A stretch of DNA of 64,000 nt from Chitinophaga pinensis (lineage in GTDB: Bacteria; Bacteroidota; Bacteroidia; NS11-12g; UBA955), in NCBI GenBank assembly GCA_945888525.1, contig CAMDAF010000009.1:13276-77275 (forward strand), given 5' to 3'. The position numbers were made by a program, and so were the translations under genes. The notes under the pieces were generated by a model. It saw only the letters and a program-made list of their open reading frames with translations, was not told where the DNA came from and made no database searches. Positions 10,801 to 19,893 of the stretch are shown here, in pieces (positions within the stretch are counted from its first letter, which is position 1; the number at the start of each line of letters is the position of its first letter).

Positions 10801-11364
10801 TCGAAAACGATATCGGTTCTTCCGACGCCTCAAATTGAACTATTAAGCAATCCCAATTCAAGGCTATCGCACGAATATCCGCGCTTGTTTTTGAAAGATA
10901 AAACGACTTGTAAGAATGGACACTCTGTAAATTGGTATTTTAACCAAACATGGATTGGCAATAGCAGAGAGTTTTATTACACCGTTGACGACAGTAAAGA
11001 CACATTCAACATTAAATTGGTAGCAGAAAGTGGTATAGGCGGATGTAAAGATTCAAGTACACAAATGTTTGTGTTCACGCCAATTAATCAACTTTACATT
11101 CCAGATGCTTTTTCTCCTGACACAAAAGGACCCGATGAAAACAATAAGTTTAAAGTTAAAGGTCCTGCAATGCGTGAATTTGAAATTGAGATTTTTAACA
11201 AATATGGAGAAAAGGTTTTTATTTCAAACAATATGAATGAAGCCTGGGATGGCACTTACAAATCGATAGACTGTATGATGGGTGTGTATTTTTACAAGAT
11301 TATAACTACAGACTATGATGGTATAAATCGCGATTATTCTGGCACACTAACTCTTGTGCGGTAA
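7807..11364 (+). CDS. giant cell-surface protein (about 1180 aa) with T9SS type B C-terminal domain; likely true start at 7819 (MRINAKIW...)
   Basis: Signal peptide. C-terminus ...YIPDAFSPDTKGPDENNKFKVKGPAMREFEIEIFNKYGEKVFISNNMNEAWDGTYKSIDCMMGVYFYKIITTDYDGINRDYSGTLTLVR is the type B CTD. The N-terminal ~290 aa is homologous to the N-terminus of the upstream giant (SH..G.(D/E)I.Y...K.YRDC ... GDI.FTPT...EW+R). Confidence 0.75.
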   Translation: MFLQMRINAKIWIVLLLSFSAIEIYASHISGAEISYKHLFGSNYRFKLKVYRDCNECKFNGIGGGNNNSSCNEVPALIIKGAQGTNNSTSVLGNIEISRKYIQDITQGCNSTVSKCRPGSNLNLGYEVHVFEGDFDFSKLMGDGHCKLDISINMSSRSVNINPQQSEQNFFNYAMLNLCEALPNESVEFTAIPQFIHFLNQSNYNALNVLNADKDSLVFSLKPALVNRNASISYEIGRNSDMPFTYFCQSAGTPPCPVNLLGALVEGFYCSKSNGDIAFTPTQSNQGGVVVVECEEWKRNSLGVYYLAGVVRRDVYSEVISANNNLPNIKTKLGLYTICEGDNFSLELNAEDLPFGLSSTDTVSLDLYTALPGASIEKIAVNYAPYFKYVFKVEPALGQVGEYTVTLNARDNHCPLIGQISKSFTFAILQKRQIKTQTEVKNCGALSSNSINFPNKNLVWTLKDEQSKVVKQQTSRKFNFQLLNSGVYYLETVLPAERGFCESRKIDTIIVSSLQTPILNMGPDYSVCKGMELNIASKYLETFDQYDLSVNGLIVSGFPYKLQANNLNSLTFKITQKNGCSYEDKLTISLYSDLKYKVSNDTFCSNGVFPIAATTIDVDTNNIQKIDYSYNSIGSILTKINAKEWFFDFINKSNPTAHKMVLYSVISDLNACQYFDTSVIQIIDPSPILVSAPEKLCVNAETVDLETKPGGQWACVNYPSLVKNNQLKLNGAKLNQLVLKYVETKLCSNANTYFVDLMDTSEITFLHSKDLLFCENNLLYELKALPAGGLWKGVGVQNGFFNPSTSGGKKFNVQYQFSNQNTCKSTSHVGVEVEKLPLLKVTAAQESICVGEILSLQALSSISGNGYWYSDGAGRFDNATSQLTNYQPNADDVLKSALKFVYTLQTNGICGNVSSEVFVKVKNGPSGDIIDDYTTNICEPAKFVFKSNYKNIEKQYWFVNDSLIEEFDYDFNFNVELKSGEYVIKTSVSDGTCEALSISKTISVLPTPQIELLSNPNSRLSHEYPRLFLKDKTTCKNGHSVNWYFNQTWIGNSREFYYTVDDSKDTFNIKLVAESGIGGCKDSSTQMFVFTPINQLYIPDAFSPDTKGPDENNKFKVKGPAMREFEIEIFNKYGEKVFISNNMNEAWDGTYKSIDCMMGVYFYKIITTDYDGINRDYSGTLTLVR

Positions 11365-11499
11365 TCCAACTGTTTGGCTGATTTATCTCACCCAAATTAT
11401 TGCCTATTTTTTTTACTCAAGCCCCTTGCAGTTTGTTTTTTAAGTAATATCTTCGCGTCACTTAATTAACAATTTAAATTAATCTCAATTCTGCAATCA

Positions 11500-12804
11500 A
11501 TGCCTGATACTAACGCACAAAACTGTACAATTACTCTTGAAGGTAAAAATTACGAGTTCCCAGTAATCACCGGAACCGAAGGAGAAAAAGCCATTGACAT
11601 CTCCAAACTAAGGGATACAACAGGCTATGTAACCCTTGATATTGGTTATAAAAATACAGGCGCAACCAAAAGTGCTATTACGTTTCTTGATGGTGAAGAA
11701 GGTATTTTAAGACACAGAGGTTATTCAATTGAAGACCTAGCTGAAAAAGCAAACTTTTTGGAAGTATCTTATTTATTGCTAAAAGGTGAATTGCCAAATA
11801 AAGAACAATTTGAAGACTTTGATAACTCTGTAAGACACCATACTTTGGTTAATGAAGACTTACAAAATATATTTAGAACTTTCCCAACAGGATCTCATCC
11901 AATGGGCCAATTAATTGCAATGATTTCTTCATTGTCTGCATATTACCCAAAAGCATTAGATCCTCACAGAAGTCCTGAGGCAAAAAACAGAACGACTTTG
12001 CGTTTGATGGCAAAAATGCCAACCATTTGCGCAATGATTTATAAAAAGAGATTGGGTCACCCGGTTGTTTACCCAAATAACAACTTGGATTATGTGAGCA
12101 ATTTCTTGTCAATGACATTCAAGCACGTAAGTGATGCCGATTACCAGCCAGACCCTGTTATTGTAGATGCAATGAATAAGTTATTGATTTTGCACGCTGA
12201 CCATGAACAAAACTGTTCGGCAAGTACAGTTCGTCTGGTAGGTTCATCTCAATCAAACTTATATGCTACCACTGCCGCAGGTATCGCTGCATTGTGGGGG
12301 CCATTGCACGGTGGTGCAAACCAAGAAGTTTTGGAAATGCTCGAGCAAATTAAAGGGGATGGCGGAAATGTCCAAAAGTGGGTTGACAAAGCCAAAGATA
12401 AAAATGATCCTTTCCGTTTAATGGGCTTTGGACACAGGGTATACAAAAACTTTGACCCTAGAGCGAAAATTATTAAGAAGACCTGTGATGATGTTTTAAA
12501 TAAATTGGGTATCAATGATCCTGTTTTGGAAATTGCTAAAAAATTAGAAGAAGCTGCCTTAACGGATCCATACTTTGCAGAAAGAAAACTATACCCTAAC
12601 GTAGATTTCTATTCTGGAATCATATACAGAGCAATGGGTTTCCCAACTGAAATGTTCACTGCTTTGTTTGCTGTGGGAAGATTACCAGGTTGGATTGCAC
12701 AATGGCAAGAAATGGTTCAAGAGAATCAACCAATTGGAAGACCAAGACAAATCTACACTGGCCATATGCCAAGGACATTTATCCCTAGAGGAGAAAGACA
12801 ATAA
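11500..12804 (+). CDS. gltA: citrate synthase
   Basis: 434 aa, full-length family match including GFGHRVYKNFDPRA and LHGGANQEV motifs. Confidence 0.95.
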   Translation: MPDTNAQNCTITLEGKNYEFPVITGTEGEKAIDISKLRDTTGYVTLDIGYKNTGATKSAITFLDGEEGILRHRGYSIEDLAEKANFLEVSYLLLKGELPNKEQFEDFDNSVRHHTLVNEDLQNIFRTFPTGSHPMGQLIAMISSLSAYYPKALDPHRSPEAKNRTTLRLMAKMPTICAMIYKKRLGHPVVYPNNNLDYVSNFLSMTFKHVSDADYQPDPVIVDAMNKLLILHADHEQNCSASTVRLVGSSQSNLYATTAAGIAALWGPLHGGANQEVLEMLEQIKGDGGNVQKWVDKAKDKNDPFRLMGFGHRVYKNFDPRAKIIKKTCDDVLNKLGINDPVLEIAKKLEEAALTDPYFAERKLYPNVDFYSGIIYRAMGFPTEMFTALFAVGRLPGWIAQWQEMVQENQPIGRPRQIYTGHMPRTFIPRGERQ

Positions 12805-12814
12805 ACCTTTAACA

Positions 12815-12842
12815 ATATTAATTGAAAAATGGAGCTCTAGGG
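12815..12842. terminator. hairpin between convergent gltA and the TPR-like gene
   Basis: AAAATGGA-gctctagggt-TCCATTTT is an 8-bp stem flanked by A/T runs on both sides. Confidence 0.3.
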
Positions 12843-13454
12843 TTCCATTTTCCATTTACCCACCTGGTTGGCTGGTCGTTTAGCGTTTACAAGTTCAATA
12901 AAATTTCGAATCAATGGCACCTCAACACCTGATGGGTCTAGTTTTTCAATTTGTTCATAATGGTATACCATATCATCGATTTGCCAAGCAAATAATCCCT
13001 CCCTGCGCAACAAACGTTCATAGCATTGCCCAACAGAACGGTAAGCCTGAGTTACACTGTGCTCTCGAAACTTTTCAATTTGAATAAATTTCTTGTACAA
13101 TACAATGGCGATGCTGTCTTGCTTAAGGGCAATGTGGTTCATTGCTTTATACCAATATGTCTTGCTGTTGCTGCTGTCGTTGTTTAATGATATGCGGAAC
13201 AATGAATCAGCCTCTCTAAAACGTTTTTGTTTGTGAATTGAAAAGGCCAACATTGTGTAGATAGTCCAATTTTGAGGATCCTTTTGCAGTGCGGCTTGAT
13301 AGTATTCAGACGCTTCTCTATAGGCACCATTGTTCATCGATTGATTTCCTAGGGCAACTAAATTTAATCCTTCCTGAGCTGCGGCATAAAAACCAAGGAT
13401 CAAAAAGTAAATCAAAAACTTGTATTTCATTGTTGTTTTAAAAACAAAAACCAT
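12837..13454 (-). CDS. secreted TPR-like repeat protein (hypothetical)
   Basis: Internal likely start MKYKFLIYFLILGFYAAAQE (signal peptide). Helical repeat content (YYQAALQKDPQNW..., YYKKFIQIEKF...). Confidence 0.45.
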   Translation of the reverse strand: MVFVFKTTMKYKFLIYFLILGFYAAAQEGLNLVALGNQSMNNGAYREASEYYQAALQKDPQNWTIYTMLAFSIHKQKRFREADSLFRISLNNDSSNSKTYWYKAMNHIALKQDSIAIVLYKKFIQIEKFREHSVTQAYRSVGQCYERLLRREGLFAWQIDDMVYHYEQIEKLDPSGVEVPLIRNFIELVNAKRPANQVGKWKMEP

Positions 13455-13455
13455 G

Positions 13456-13490
13456 CCTAGAAGACATGGTTTTTGTGGTATTTGTCTTTT
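13456..13490. terminator. rho-independent terminator for the minus-strand giant gene
   Basis: AACCATG-cctagaaga-CATGGTT palindrome. The A-run on the plus strand upstream (aaaacaaaaa) gives a U-run on the minus-strand transcript. Confidence 0.35.
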
Positions 13491-13499
13491 AAAATATGA

Positions 13500-16400
13500 T
13501 TATCTCAGGATTGAGACATTTCCTTTTTCTGTGTGTCTGAGCTCATCACCCCCAATAAATTCTAAACGGTAGAAGTAAAGATCCTGAGGCACCAATTCAT
13601 TCTCAAATCGGCCATCCCAGCCCAATTGTGGGTTGTTTGTTTTGAACATGATATTTCCCCAACGGTCAAAGATGATAAATTTATAGTTAAGCGCATACGA
13701 TAATCCAATTGGTTTAAATGTCTCATTGATGTTGTCATCGTTTGGTGTAAACGCATTTGGCATGTAGTAAACAACATCAGGAGCAATAAACAGAATTTTT
13801 GTAGCCGTATCTCTGCAACCAAAAGAATTGGCAACAATTAAAGTTGTCTTTTGGGTCAAAGTATCTGTGTAGAATAGTTTAGGGTTTTGATCGGTACTTG
13901 TTCCCATTGAAGAAAAATTCCATTTCCAACTGATCGCGCCAATAGAGGTGTCCGTGTATTGAATGTCTACTTCGTTTTCCCATGACCTTAATTTTTGGAA
14001 CACAAAACCAGCCTTAGGGTTTGGATTTACAACAGCAGTTCCAAGTTTCTTTAGGGTGTCTATGCAACCTTTGTCGGTGCCAGCGATAAGTGTTATATCA
14101 TAGGACCCAACGTTCTTATATTTGAATTTAGGTGCTTGTGCAATTGACGTTTTCCCATTACCAAATATCCATTTCCAGGAGGTGATATTGCCAGTTGGTA
14201 TGCTGCTCAAATTTATAAATACGGATGAATCTTTTAAACAAACAGGATCAACGGTGAAGTCAAGTACCGGGTTTGGATTAACGGTAATAGGTTTGCTAAT
14301 GGTGTCCCAACAGCCTTTGTCTGTAATTACTTTCAACGACACGATATAGTCGCCATTCACAGGGTAAGAGTATGGAAGGGGAGCTGTCAAATTGCTTGAA
14401 TCGTTGTTGCCGTATTGGAAGCTGTAGGAACTAATAACACCTCCGATAACGTTAGATTTGTTTACGATATTAAAGACATTCTTTTTAAAACAGCTGCTTG
14501 GCGGTGCAATATTGAATGCGGCAACAGGCATAGGGAAAACATAGACTTTTTTGGCAATAGAGTCGATGCAACCGTAGTTTGTGGCAACAATTAAACTGAC
14601 TCTAAAGGAATCTACTTTTGCGTAGGCTTTACTTGGTGCTGTAATTGCAGATGTTGTGTTGTCTCCAAAATTCCAATCGTTAAAATCAACCGTTCCGTTG
14701 CTAACTGCCGAAGTTGAAGCGAAGCCAAATTGATTGCCTTTGAAACATTGTTTGTTGTTGTCTATTGTAAAACTTGCCACAGGCATTGGAAAAACATTGA
14801 CTGTTTTCTCTAGCGTATCTTTACATCCACCTATATTGGTGCTGGAAATTAAACGCACGACGAAAGGACCATCGGTTTTATAGGTGTGTTGTCCAAATAT
14901 AGAATTAATGGTTGAATCGTTGTCGCCATAAAACCAATTGTGGTTCATTGGCGTTCCATTGCTTACAGTGCTGTTGGTACTAAATTGGAAGTCGTTGCCC
15001 TTTAAACATTTTTTATCATAGTTATAGGTAAAACTTGCATTCGGCATCGGCAATGTTTTGATTTGCTTTGCAACGGTATCTAGGCAGCCAAAATTACTGC
15101 TGCTAAACAATCTAACAGTGTAGGTTTGAACATTGTTGTAGCTATGGTTTGTTGTGTTTAAGTTGCCAGCTGTATTCCCGTCGCCAAATTGCCAGTTTAA
15201 AGTATAGGTTCCTGATTTAATGGTGGTGCTTGAAACGTAGTTGAATTTGTTGCCCAAAATACATTGTGGGGTACTTCCAATTGTAAAATTGGTTTTAGCC
15301 TTTGGATAAACGGTTACTTTCTTCTCTGCGGTATCGGTACAACCTTGGTCGCTTATTGAAACCACACGAACGGTAAAGGTGCTGTCTTTGGTGTATTTTT
15401 TTGTTGCACTTAATGCGGTAACAAAAGCACTTCCATCTCCAAAATACCAGCGGTTGGTAAATCCTCCCTCAGCAATAAAGGTGTTGTTGTTAAAGGTAAA
15501 ATTGTTGTTGTTTACACATTGGCCTGTTCCAGGAGCGCCAATGGTAAAATCAGATCCTGGGTGAGGATAAACTTTAGCGTTTTGAAAACTGGTATCAAAA
15601 CAACCATTGCTGCCGTATACAATTAAACCAGGGATATAGCCGTTGTCTGCCAAATAAGAATGAGAAACAATGTTTTTGTTGTTGTCAAATGAGCCATCAT
15701 CGAACAACCATTTATTTCCCGTGATAGCACCTGCGCTAAAAGTTGAAAGATCTGTAAATGTGAAAATATTTCCTTCCAAACATTGGTCTTGGTCGTTGAT
15801 GCTAAAATCTGAAACCGGCATGGTTAATAAAAATACTGAATCACTGACAGTGTCTTTGCAATTGTAATTTGAGTTCAACTCCAATTGTATTTTATAATTG
15901 CCAACATTTGCAAATCCATGAGAAATGCTATCTACATCTGTAAAGAAACTGCCATCACTTAATTTCCATAATTCAGTAAATGTGCCGCTGTTAATGCTTG
16001 AAGTCGAATATGCTTTTACATTGTTATACTTTAGACATTGGATATTGTTGTTGATGGTAAAAGACGGACTTGGTGTTGGCCTAACAGTAACAATTGTTTG
16101 GGTCGAATCTTTACAACCTTTATTAGACGTTGAATACATTTTGACCGTATAATTACCGTCACCTGCATACGAGTGCTTGACGGTATCCTTCAAATTAATG
16201 GTGTCGAGATCGCCGAAGTTCCAATTATGGGTAGTTGTACCACTGCTTATGGTAGACTTAGAATTGAATCTAAAGCTGTTGTATTTACGGCATTTTTCAA
16301 CATCAACATTGTTAATGATTGCCACGGGCATTGGATTCACCAATATGCTTTGGAATGCAGTGTCAGAGCATCCGTCAACACCATCATCACTGATGGTAAT

Positions 16401-18401
16401 TAAACGCACATTGCGCGAACCTGATGTTGTGTAAGAATGGTGAACTGAATCTTGTTGGTCTTTGCTTATTCCATTGCCAATATTCCAATAGTTTATCAAG
16501 GGCAATCCGTTGGTGATGCTTGATTGAGACTCATAAATATAGGCATTGCCAGACAGACATTGGTCGGTTAGATTGGTTTTGATTTTGGCCTTTGGATGGG
16601 TGTTTACCAAGATAGCCAAATAGTTGGTATCTAAGCAGCCACTGAGATGGGTGTTGATCTGTCTTACTTGGTAAGTTCCAGCTGCAGCGTATTTGTGTCC
16701 TGTGGAGTCAACACCACTAATTGTTGGACTTCCATCCCCAAAATCCCAGCTGATTCCAGTAATCATGCCTGAGTAAATCATAGACACAGAAATAATGCTG
16801 TATTCATTCCCTCTAAAACATTGTATGGTGTCATTAAACCAAGTTCTAACGATTGGGGTTTCTTTGATGTTGACGATTTTAGTTACAGAATCTCGGCAGC
16901 CCAAATTACTCACAACAGTAAGTCTTGGATAGTAATACGGATAAAATACTTTGAAAGTATGGCTTGAATTTCCTGTGGTAAAAGTGTCTTTTTTGCTGTT
17001 GTCATCCCAATTCCAAATATAAGTTGAAATACTGCCAGAGCTTATGCTTGAGGTTGAGGTGAAATTGTATTTGTTGTATTTAGAACATTGGTTGTTGTTT
17101 AATACATTAAATGAGGCAGTAGGTTTTGGATTAATGGTTAAAGGTCCACTGGGAGAGAAACAAGAATATGATGGGTTGGTAGAAGTCAATCTTAATTTGT
17201 AACCAGATCCTGGGATTATCAAAGCAGGAATATCAACTACCATGCTGCTGATGGTGGTGTCAGTTTTTGTTGCTAAGGTAATAGGCGAACCAAAGTTTCC
17301 AGACGCATCAGAAAGTTGCAGTCTGAAAATATTGCCAGAATTGAAAAACACCCCTTTTTTAGTAAAATTCACTGTTAGTCTACCGCCAGGGCAAACTGGG
17401 TTTGGCGAGAATGTATAAGTTATCCCTTGGGTAAGTTCTGTGTTTACCACTGATGTCATTTCAACTGGGGCATAGGCTCTTAACCGGCACCAATCGTAAC
17501 TCACACTGCCAATACTAGAACACAATAAACCAATTGCTGCTTGCAGACTTCCTGATATTGCAGGCGTTGAAACCAATGTCTGTTGAACGCCTCCTGGAAA
17601 AGTTGCGGTGGCAGAGTTTGTGGCTGGCCAAGCTAGACTCCAAATGCCATTTCCTCTAGCTGTTGCCGATGCGTTAGGCGTTGTTTGGTAACTGACGCAA
17701 GATGAAGTAGCTGTTTGGATGTGAAAGAAATTGGAGTAGGTGCCAGTTCCAGTTGTTAATGTAACGCCTGAAAATGTTCCTGAGTTTAACTGTGCAATAC
17801 TTGGGTAGCTTCCTGAATTTAATTTAATTTTAGCTTCTATTCTATGTGGGGCAGTGAATGATGAAACCGAACGGATAACATTGTCTGTACTTGCCGTGTT
17901 GTTAAATGTGGCCATTCCACTGGAAATGCTTAATGTACCGTTTAATGTGGTTTGTTTGTAGGCCGTCCACTTTGTGGTGTTGAGCGTTGAACCCAAGAAA
18001 TCATCAAACAAAATAAATGTACTGTCTCCATTTTGTGCTGCTGTGGCACAAAGGTTTCCATAATACATATTAATGCTTGTAGATCCAGAAGAAGGTATGG
18101 TTTTGAGTTTTACCCAGATGACGGTGCTCGTGGTATTGATGTTGCTGTCAATCCAATAATTTAATTTTGCACAAGAAGCATCCGTAAAGCGAATGTCATC
18201 ACCATTGATGTTCATCTTCCCTGCGGAAATCAGTGCTTGGGTGTTTACAATAACTTTGACTTGGAAATTGGTGTACACAGATGCATTCGCATTGGTAACC
18301 GCAATAGGTCTTTGGTACTTCCATTCAGGTAAGCATACCACAGCAGCAGCTTCTTGAGCAATGGTTAATAGAAAAAAATAAATTAGTAAGCGTTTCATCA
18401 T
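13500..18401 (-). CDS. giant (1633 aa) surface protein: N-terminal lectin/glucanase-like domain, about 12 PKD-like repeats, T9SS type B C-terminal domain
   Basis: Signal peptide MMKRLLIYFFLLTIAQEAAA. Repeated W.FGDG / NWNFGD / WKWIFGNG motifs about every 80-90 aa, typical of PKD domains. C-terminus ...YYMPNAFTPNDDNINETFKPIGLSYALNYKFIIFDRWGNIMFKTNNPQLGWDGRFENELVPQDLYFYRLEFIGGDELRHTEKGNVSILR is the type B CTD. Confidence 0.75.
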   Translation of the reverse strand: MMKRLLIYFFLLTIAQEAAAVVCLPEWKYQRPIAVTNANASVYTNFQVKVIVNTQALISAGKMNINGDDIRFTDASCAKLNYWIDSNINTTSTVIWVKLKTIPSSGSTSINMYYGNLCATAAQNGDSTFILFDDFLGSTLNTTKWTAYKQTTLNGTLSISSGMATFNNTASTDNVIRSVSSFTAPHRIEAKIKLNSGSYPSIAQLNSGTFSGVTLTTGTGTYSNFFHIQTATSSCVSYQTTPNASATARGNGIWSLAWPATNSATATFPGGVQQTLVSTPAISGSLQAAIGLLCSSIGSVSYDWCRLRAYAPVEMTSVVNTELTQGITYTFSPNPVCPGGRLTVNFTKKGVFFNSGNIFRLQLSDASGNFGSPITLATKTDTTISSMVVDIPALIIPGSGYKLRLTSTNPSYSCFSPSGPLTINPKPTASFNVLNNNQCSKYNKYNFTSTSSISSGSISTYIWNWDDNSKKDTFTTGNSSHTFKVFYPYYYPRLTVVSNLGCRDSVTKIVNIKETPIVRTWFNDTIQCFRGNEYSIISVSMIYSGMITGISWDFGDGSPTISGVDSTGHKYAAAGTYQVRQINTHLSGCLDTNYLAILVNTHPKAKIKTNLTDQCLSGNAYIYESQSSITNGLPLINYWNIGNGISKDQQDSVHHSYTTSGSRNVRLITISDDGVDGCSDTAFQSILVNPMPVAIINNVDVEKCRKYNSFRFNSKSTISSGTTTHNWNFGDLDTINLKDTVKHSYAGDGNYTVKMYSTSNKGCKDSTQTIVTVRPTPSPSFTINNNIQCLKYNNVKAYSTSSINSGTFTELWKLSDGSFFTDVDSISHGFANVGNYKIQLELNSNYNCKDTVSDSVFLLTMPVSDFSINDQDQCLEGNIFTFTDLSTFSAGAITGNKWLFDDGSFDNNKNIVSHSYLADNGYIPGLIVYGSNGCFDTSFQNAKVYPHPGSDFTIGAPGTGQCVNNNNFTFNNNTFIAEGGFTNRWYFGDGSAFVTALSATKKYTKDSTFTVRVVSISDQGCTDTAEKKVTVYPKAKTNFTIGSTPQCILGNKFNYVSSTTIKSGTYTLNWQFGDGNTAGNLNTTNHSYNNVQTYTVRLFSSSNFGCLDTVAKQIKTLPMPNASFTYNYDKKCLKGNDFQFSTNSTVSNGTPMNHNWFYGDNDSTINSIFGQHTYKTDGPFVVRLISSTNIGGCKDTLEKTVNVFPMPVASFTIDNNKQCFKGNQFGFASTSAVSNGTVDFNDWNFGDNTTSAITAPSKAYAKVDSFRVSLIVATNYGCIDSIAKKVYVFPMPVAAFNIAPPSSCFKKNVFNIVNKSNVIGGVISSYSFQYGNNDSSNLTAPLPYSYPVNGDYIVSLKVITDKGCWDTISKPITVNPNPVLDFTVDPVCLKDSSVFINLSSIPTGNITSWKWIFGNGKTSIAQAPKFKYKNVGSYDITLIAGTDKGCIDTLKKLGTAVVNPNPKAGFVFQKLRSWENEVDIQYTDTSIGAISWKWNFSSMGTSTDQNPKLFYTDTLTQKTTLIVANSFGCRDTATKILFIAPDVVYYMPNAFTPNDDNINETFKPIGLSYALNYKFIIFDRWGNIMFKTNNPQLGWDGRFENELVPQDLYFYRLEFIGGDELRHTEKGNVSILR

Positions 18402-18475
18402 ATTTTTTGGCGGTCTCGGTAAAACTTAAGTTTACGAAAATAGGGAAAAAAAATGAATTCATAAAACCCATAAAT

Positions 18476-19813
18476 TTACCACATTTTCGCATTGTCAAAG
18501 TTCCCTGAACTCATAAGCAATAAGACATAGGGTTTGCCCAAAACGTTGCTTTTAATTTCTTCGATTTTTGCAAGTAATTCCTTGCTGTCTTCAATGGCCC
18601 AAACGCTCTGTCCGAAGTTTTTTATAATATCTTCTTTATCAATTGCTTGCATTTTTTTGTGCGCGAAAACATCTGGGTTGTAATACACCAGAGCATCGTC
18701 TGCCAAGTCCATGCAATGTTGATAATTGGGTAAAAAATCTTTGTTTAAGCTGCTAAACGTATGCAGTTCAAAAACAGCTATAAAATGATGGCTACTAAAT
18801 TGTTTTCTTACCGCATCAATACTTGCTTTTAGTTTGCTTGGCGAATGTGCAAAATCTCTAAAAACAATAAGATTGGCTTCTTCATGTACTTTTTCTAAGC
18901 GCTTTGCAGTGCCAGTAAAACTCGATAAAGCATCATAAAACTCATCTTCGCTTATACCCAATTCTTTGCACACCAAACAAGCGCCTTCGGCATTTTGTAA
19001 ATTGTGTTCTCCGAATATTTCGAGGGTATGTCTTTCTCCTTTACTTACAACAACTTTATTGTTTCTGATGTGAAAATTCGGGGTCTTGTATGCTTGTTTG
19101 TTAAGTGTCGATTTTTCGCAGACTTTTTTCAAAGTTTCATCCCCATCGAAATAGATTAAACTGCCACCGGTTTCTATTGAATTTACAAACAATTCAAATT
19201 GTTCAACATAGTTTTCCCAAGTAGGAAAAACATTGATATGGTCCCAAGCTATGCCCGTAATCATGGCAATTTGCGGCTTGTATTTTAAAAATTTTGGAAT
19301 AGGGTCTAAGGTGCTGGTGAGGTATTCATCGCCCTCTATAACCATAAGCGGGGCATCAGAAAAACGCACCATGGTGTCAAATCCTTCCAATTGAGAACCC
19401 ACCAAATAATCGAAATCTTTTTTCAAGGTCTTTAAAACATGCATAACCATTGCTGTTGTGGTTGTTTTGCCGTGACTGCCTCCAATTACCACCCTGGTTT
19501 TGTTTTTGGCATGTTCGTAGACATATTCAGGAAAACTGTATATTTTTATGCCTAGTTCTTTTGCTTTTAACAATTCAGGATTGTCCGAACGGGCGTGCAT
19601 ACCCAAGACAATGAAGTCTAAATCTTTACTGATTTTTTCGGGAAACCACCCAAATGTTTCTGGACAAATATTTGCTTTTTTTAAGCGCGACAATGCTGGC
19701 TCGAAAATCTCATCATCGCTGCCCGTTATTTGATGACCCAATTGGTGCAAAGCCAAGGCAATATTGTGCATTACTGCACCGCCACATGCTAAAATATGTA
19801 TATTCATCTTCAA
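18476..19813 (-). CDS. mpl: Mur ligase family, Mpl-like (UDP-N-acetylmuramate:L-alanyl-gamma-D-glutamyl-meso-diaminopimelate ligase)
   Basis: N-terminus IHILACGGAVMHNIALALHQLGHQITGSD parallels the Mpl N-terminus. P-loop GGSHGKTTTTAMV. About 445 aa. Confidence 0.75.
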   Translation of the reverse strand: MKMNIHILACGGAVMHNIALALHQLGHQITGSDDEIFEPALSRLKKANICPETFGWFPEKISKDLDFIVLGMHARSDNPELLKAKELGIKIYSFPEYVYEHAKNKTRVVIGGSHGKTTTTAMVMHVLKTLKKDFDYLVGSQLEGFDTMVRFSDAPLMVIEGDEYLTSTLDPIPKFLKYKPQIAMITGIAWDHINVFPTWENYVEQFELFVNSIETGGSLIYFDGDETLKKVCEKSTLNKQAYKTPNFHIRNNKVVVSKGERHTLEIFGEHNLQNAEGACLVCKELGISEDEFYDALSSFTGTAKRLEKVHEEANLIVFRDFAHSPSKLKASIDAVRKQFSSHHFIAVFELHTFSSLNKDFLPNYQHCMDLADDALVYYNPDVFAHKKMQAIDKEDIIKNFGQSVWAIEDSKELLAKIEEIKSNVLGKPYVLLLMSSGNFDNAKMW

Positions 19814-19893
19814 TGCAAATAGACGTTAAAATTTTGATAGAACAAAAAAATCTTCTCTTCTTCCTGTCTTGATTTCAGGTCTATAACTGCACA

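Noticed and set aside
12668-12883. 71-aa ORF spanning the gltA stop and terminator hairpin
   Set aside because: It overlaps the gltA 3' end in another frame and crosses the hairpin at 12815-12842. No support for it as a gene.
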